Assembly (NCBI GenBank): GCA_963516335.1
Contig: CAUQCZ010000001.1
Span: forward strand, 1 to 61,220
Direction of reading: 5' to 3'
From: an uncultured Campylobacter sp.
GTDB lineage: Bacteria; Campylobacterota; Campylobacteria; Campylobacterales; Campylobacteraceae
DNA length: 61,220 bases
Positions 61,180-61,220 of the stretch are shown here, in pieces (within the stretch, counting starts at the first letter, position 1; each line of letters opens with the position of its first letter). Below the pieces are notes generated by a model. The model had not been told where the DNA came from. It worked only from the letters and a program-made list of their open reading frames with translations, and did no database searches. Both the position numbers and the translations under genes were made by a program.

Positions 61180-61220
61180 ATGAAACATAAAGCGTTTCTC
61201 GCCTTGTGCGCATCTATGCT
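61180..61220 (+). CDS. Possible 5' end of a gene (MKHKAFLALCASM...), truncated by the window
   Basis: GAAAGGA RBS-like sequence, ATG and a signal-peptide-like start; only 13 codons visible. Confidence 0.3.
   Translation, partial: MKHKAFLALCASM

Overview
This window is the replication-origin region of a Campylobacter chromosome. Gene content, moderate GC and AAATTT-rich intergenic DNA suggest an oral species such as C. showae or C. rectus (inference). The left 13 kb is an mcc sulfite-respiration locus: a haem-c sensor kinase, octahaem MccA (7 CXXCH plus CX15CH), an FKBP, MccC/D, a dedicated CcsBA haem lyase and a Sel1 protein, followed by a NosL / ABC transporter / Cys-rich membrane protein / NosL-like module that looks like a copper-delivery system. 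The centre holds housekeeping genes (rluB, kdsD, rnj, rsmA, hisF, rlmN, purB, nrdA, tpx, SRP RNA, queF, gyrB, dnaN, dnaA, ruvC, moaC) with a bipartite oriC and two perfect parS sites hidden inside CDSs. Interspersed are AT-rich or orphan immunity-like genes, three frameshifted genes, and a 52-aa stand-alone NrdD glycyl-radical peptide next to nrdG. The right part has an orphan Cas6 (no array or other cas genes in the window, two CxxC motifs) between malY and metE-metF, a long structured metE leader with a Met/Cys uORF, several sRNA candidates, infC, thrS, tRNA-Val(GAC), a Tat-exported flavocytochrome-c flavoprotein and palindromic intergenic elements. All family calls come from motif recognition by eye; no database searches were run.
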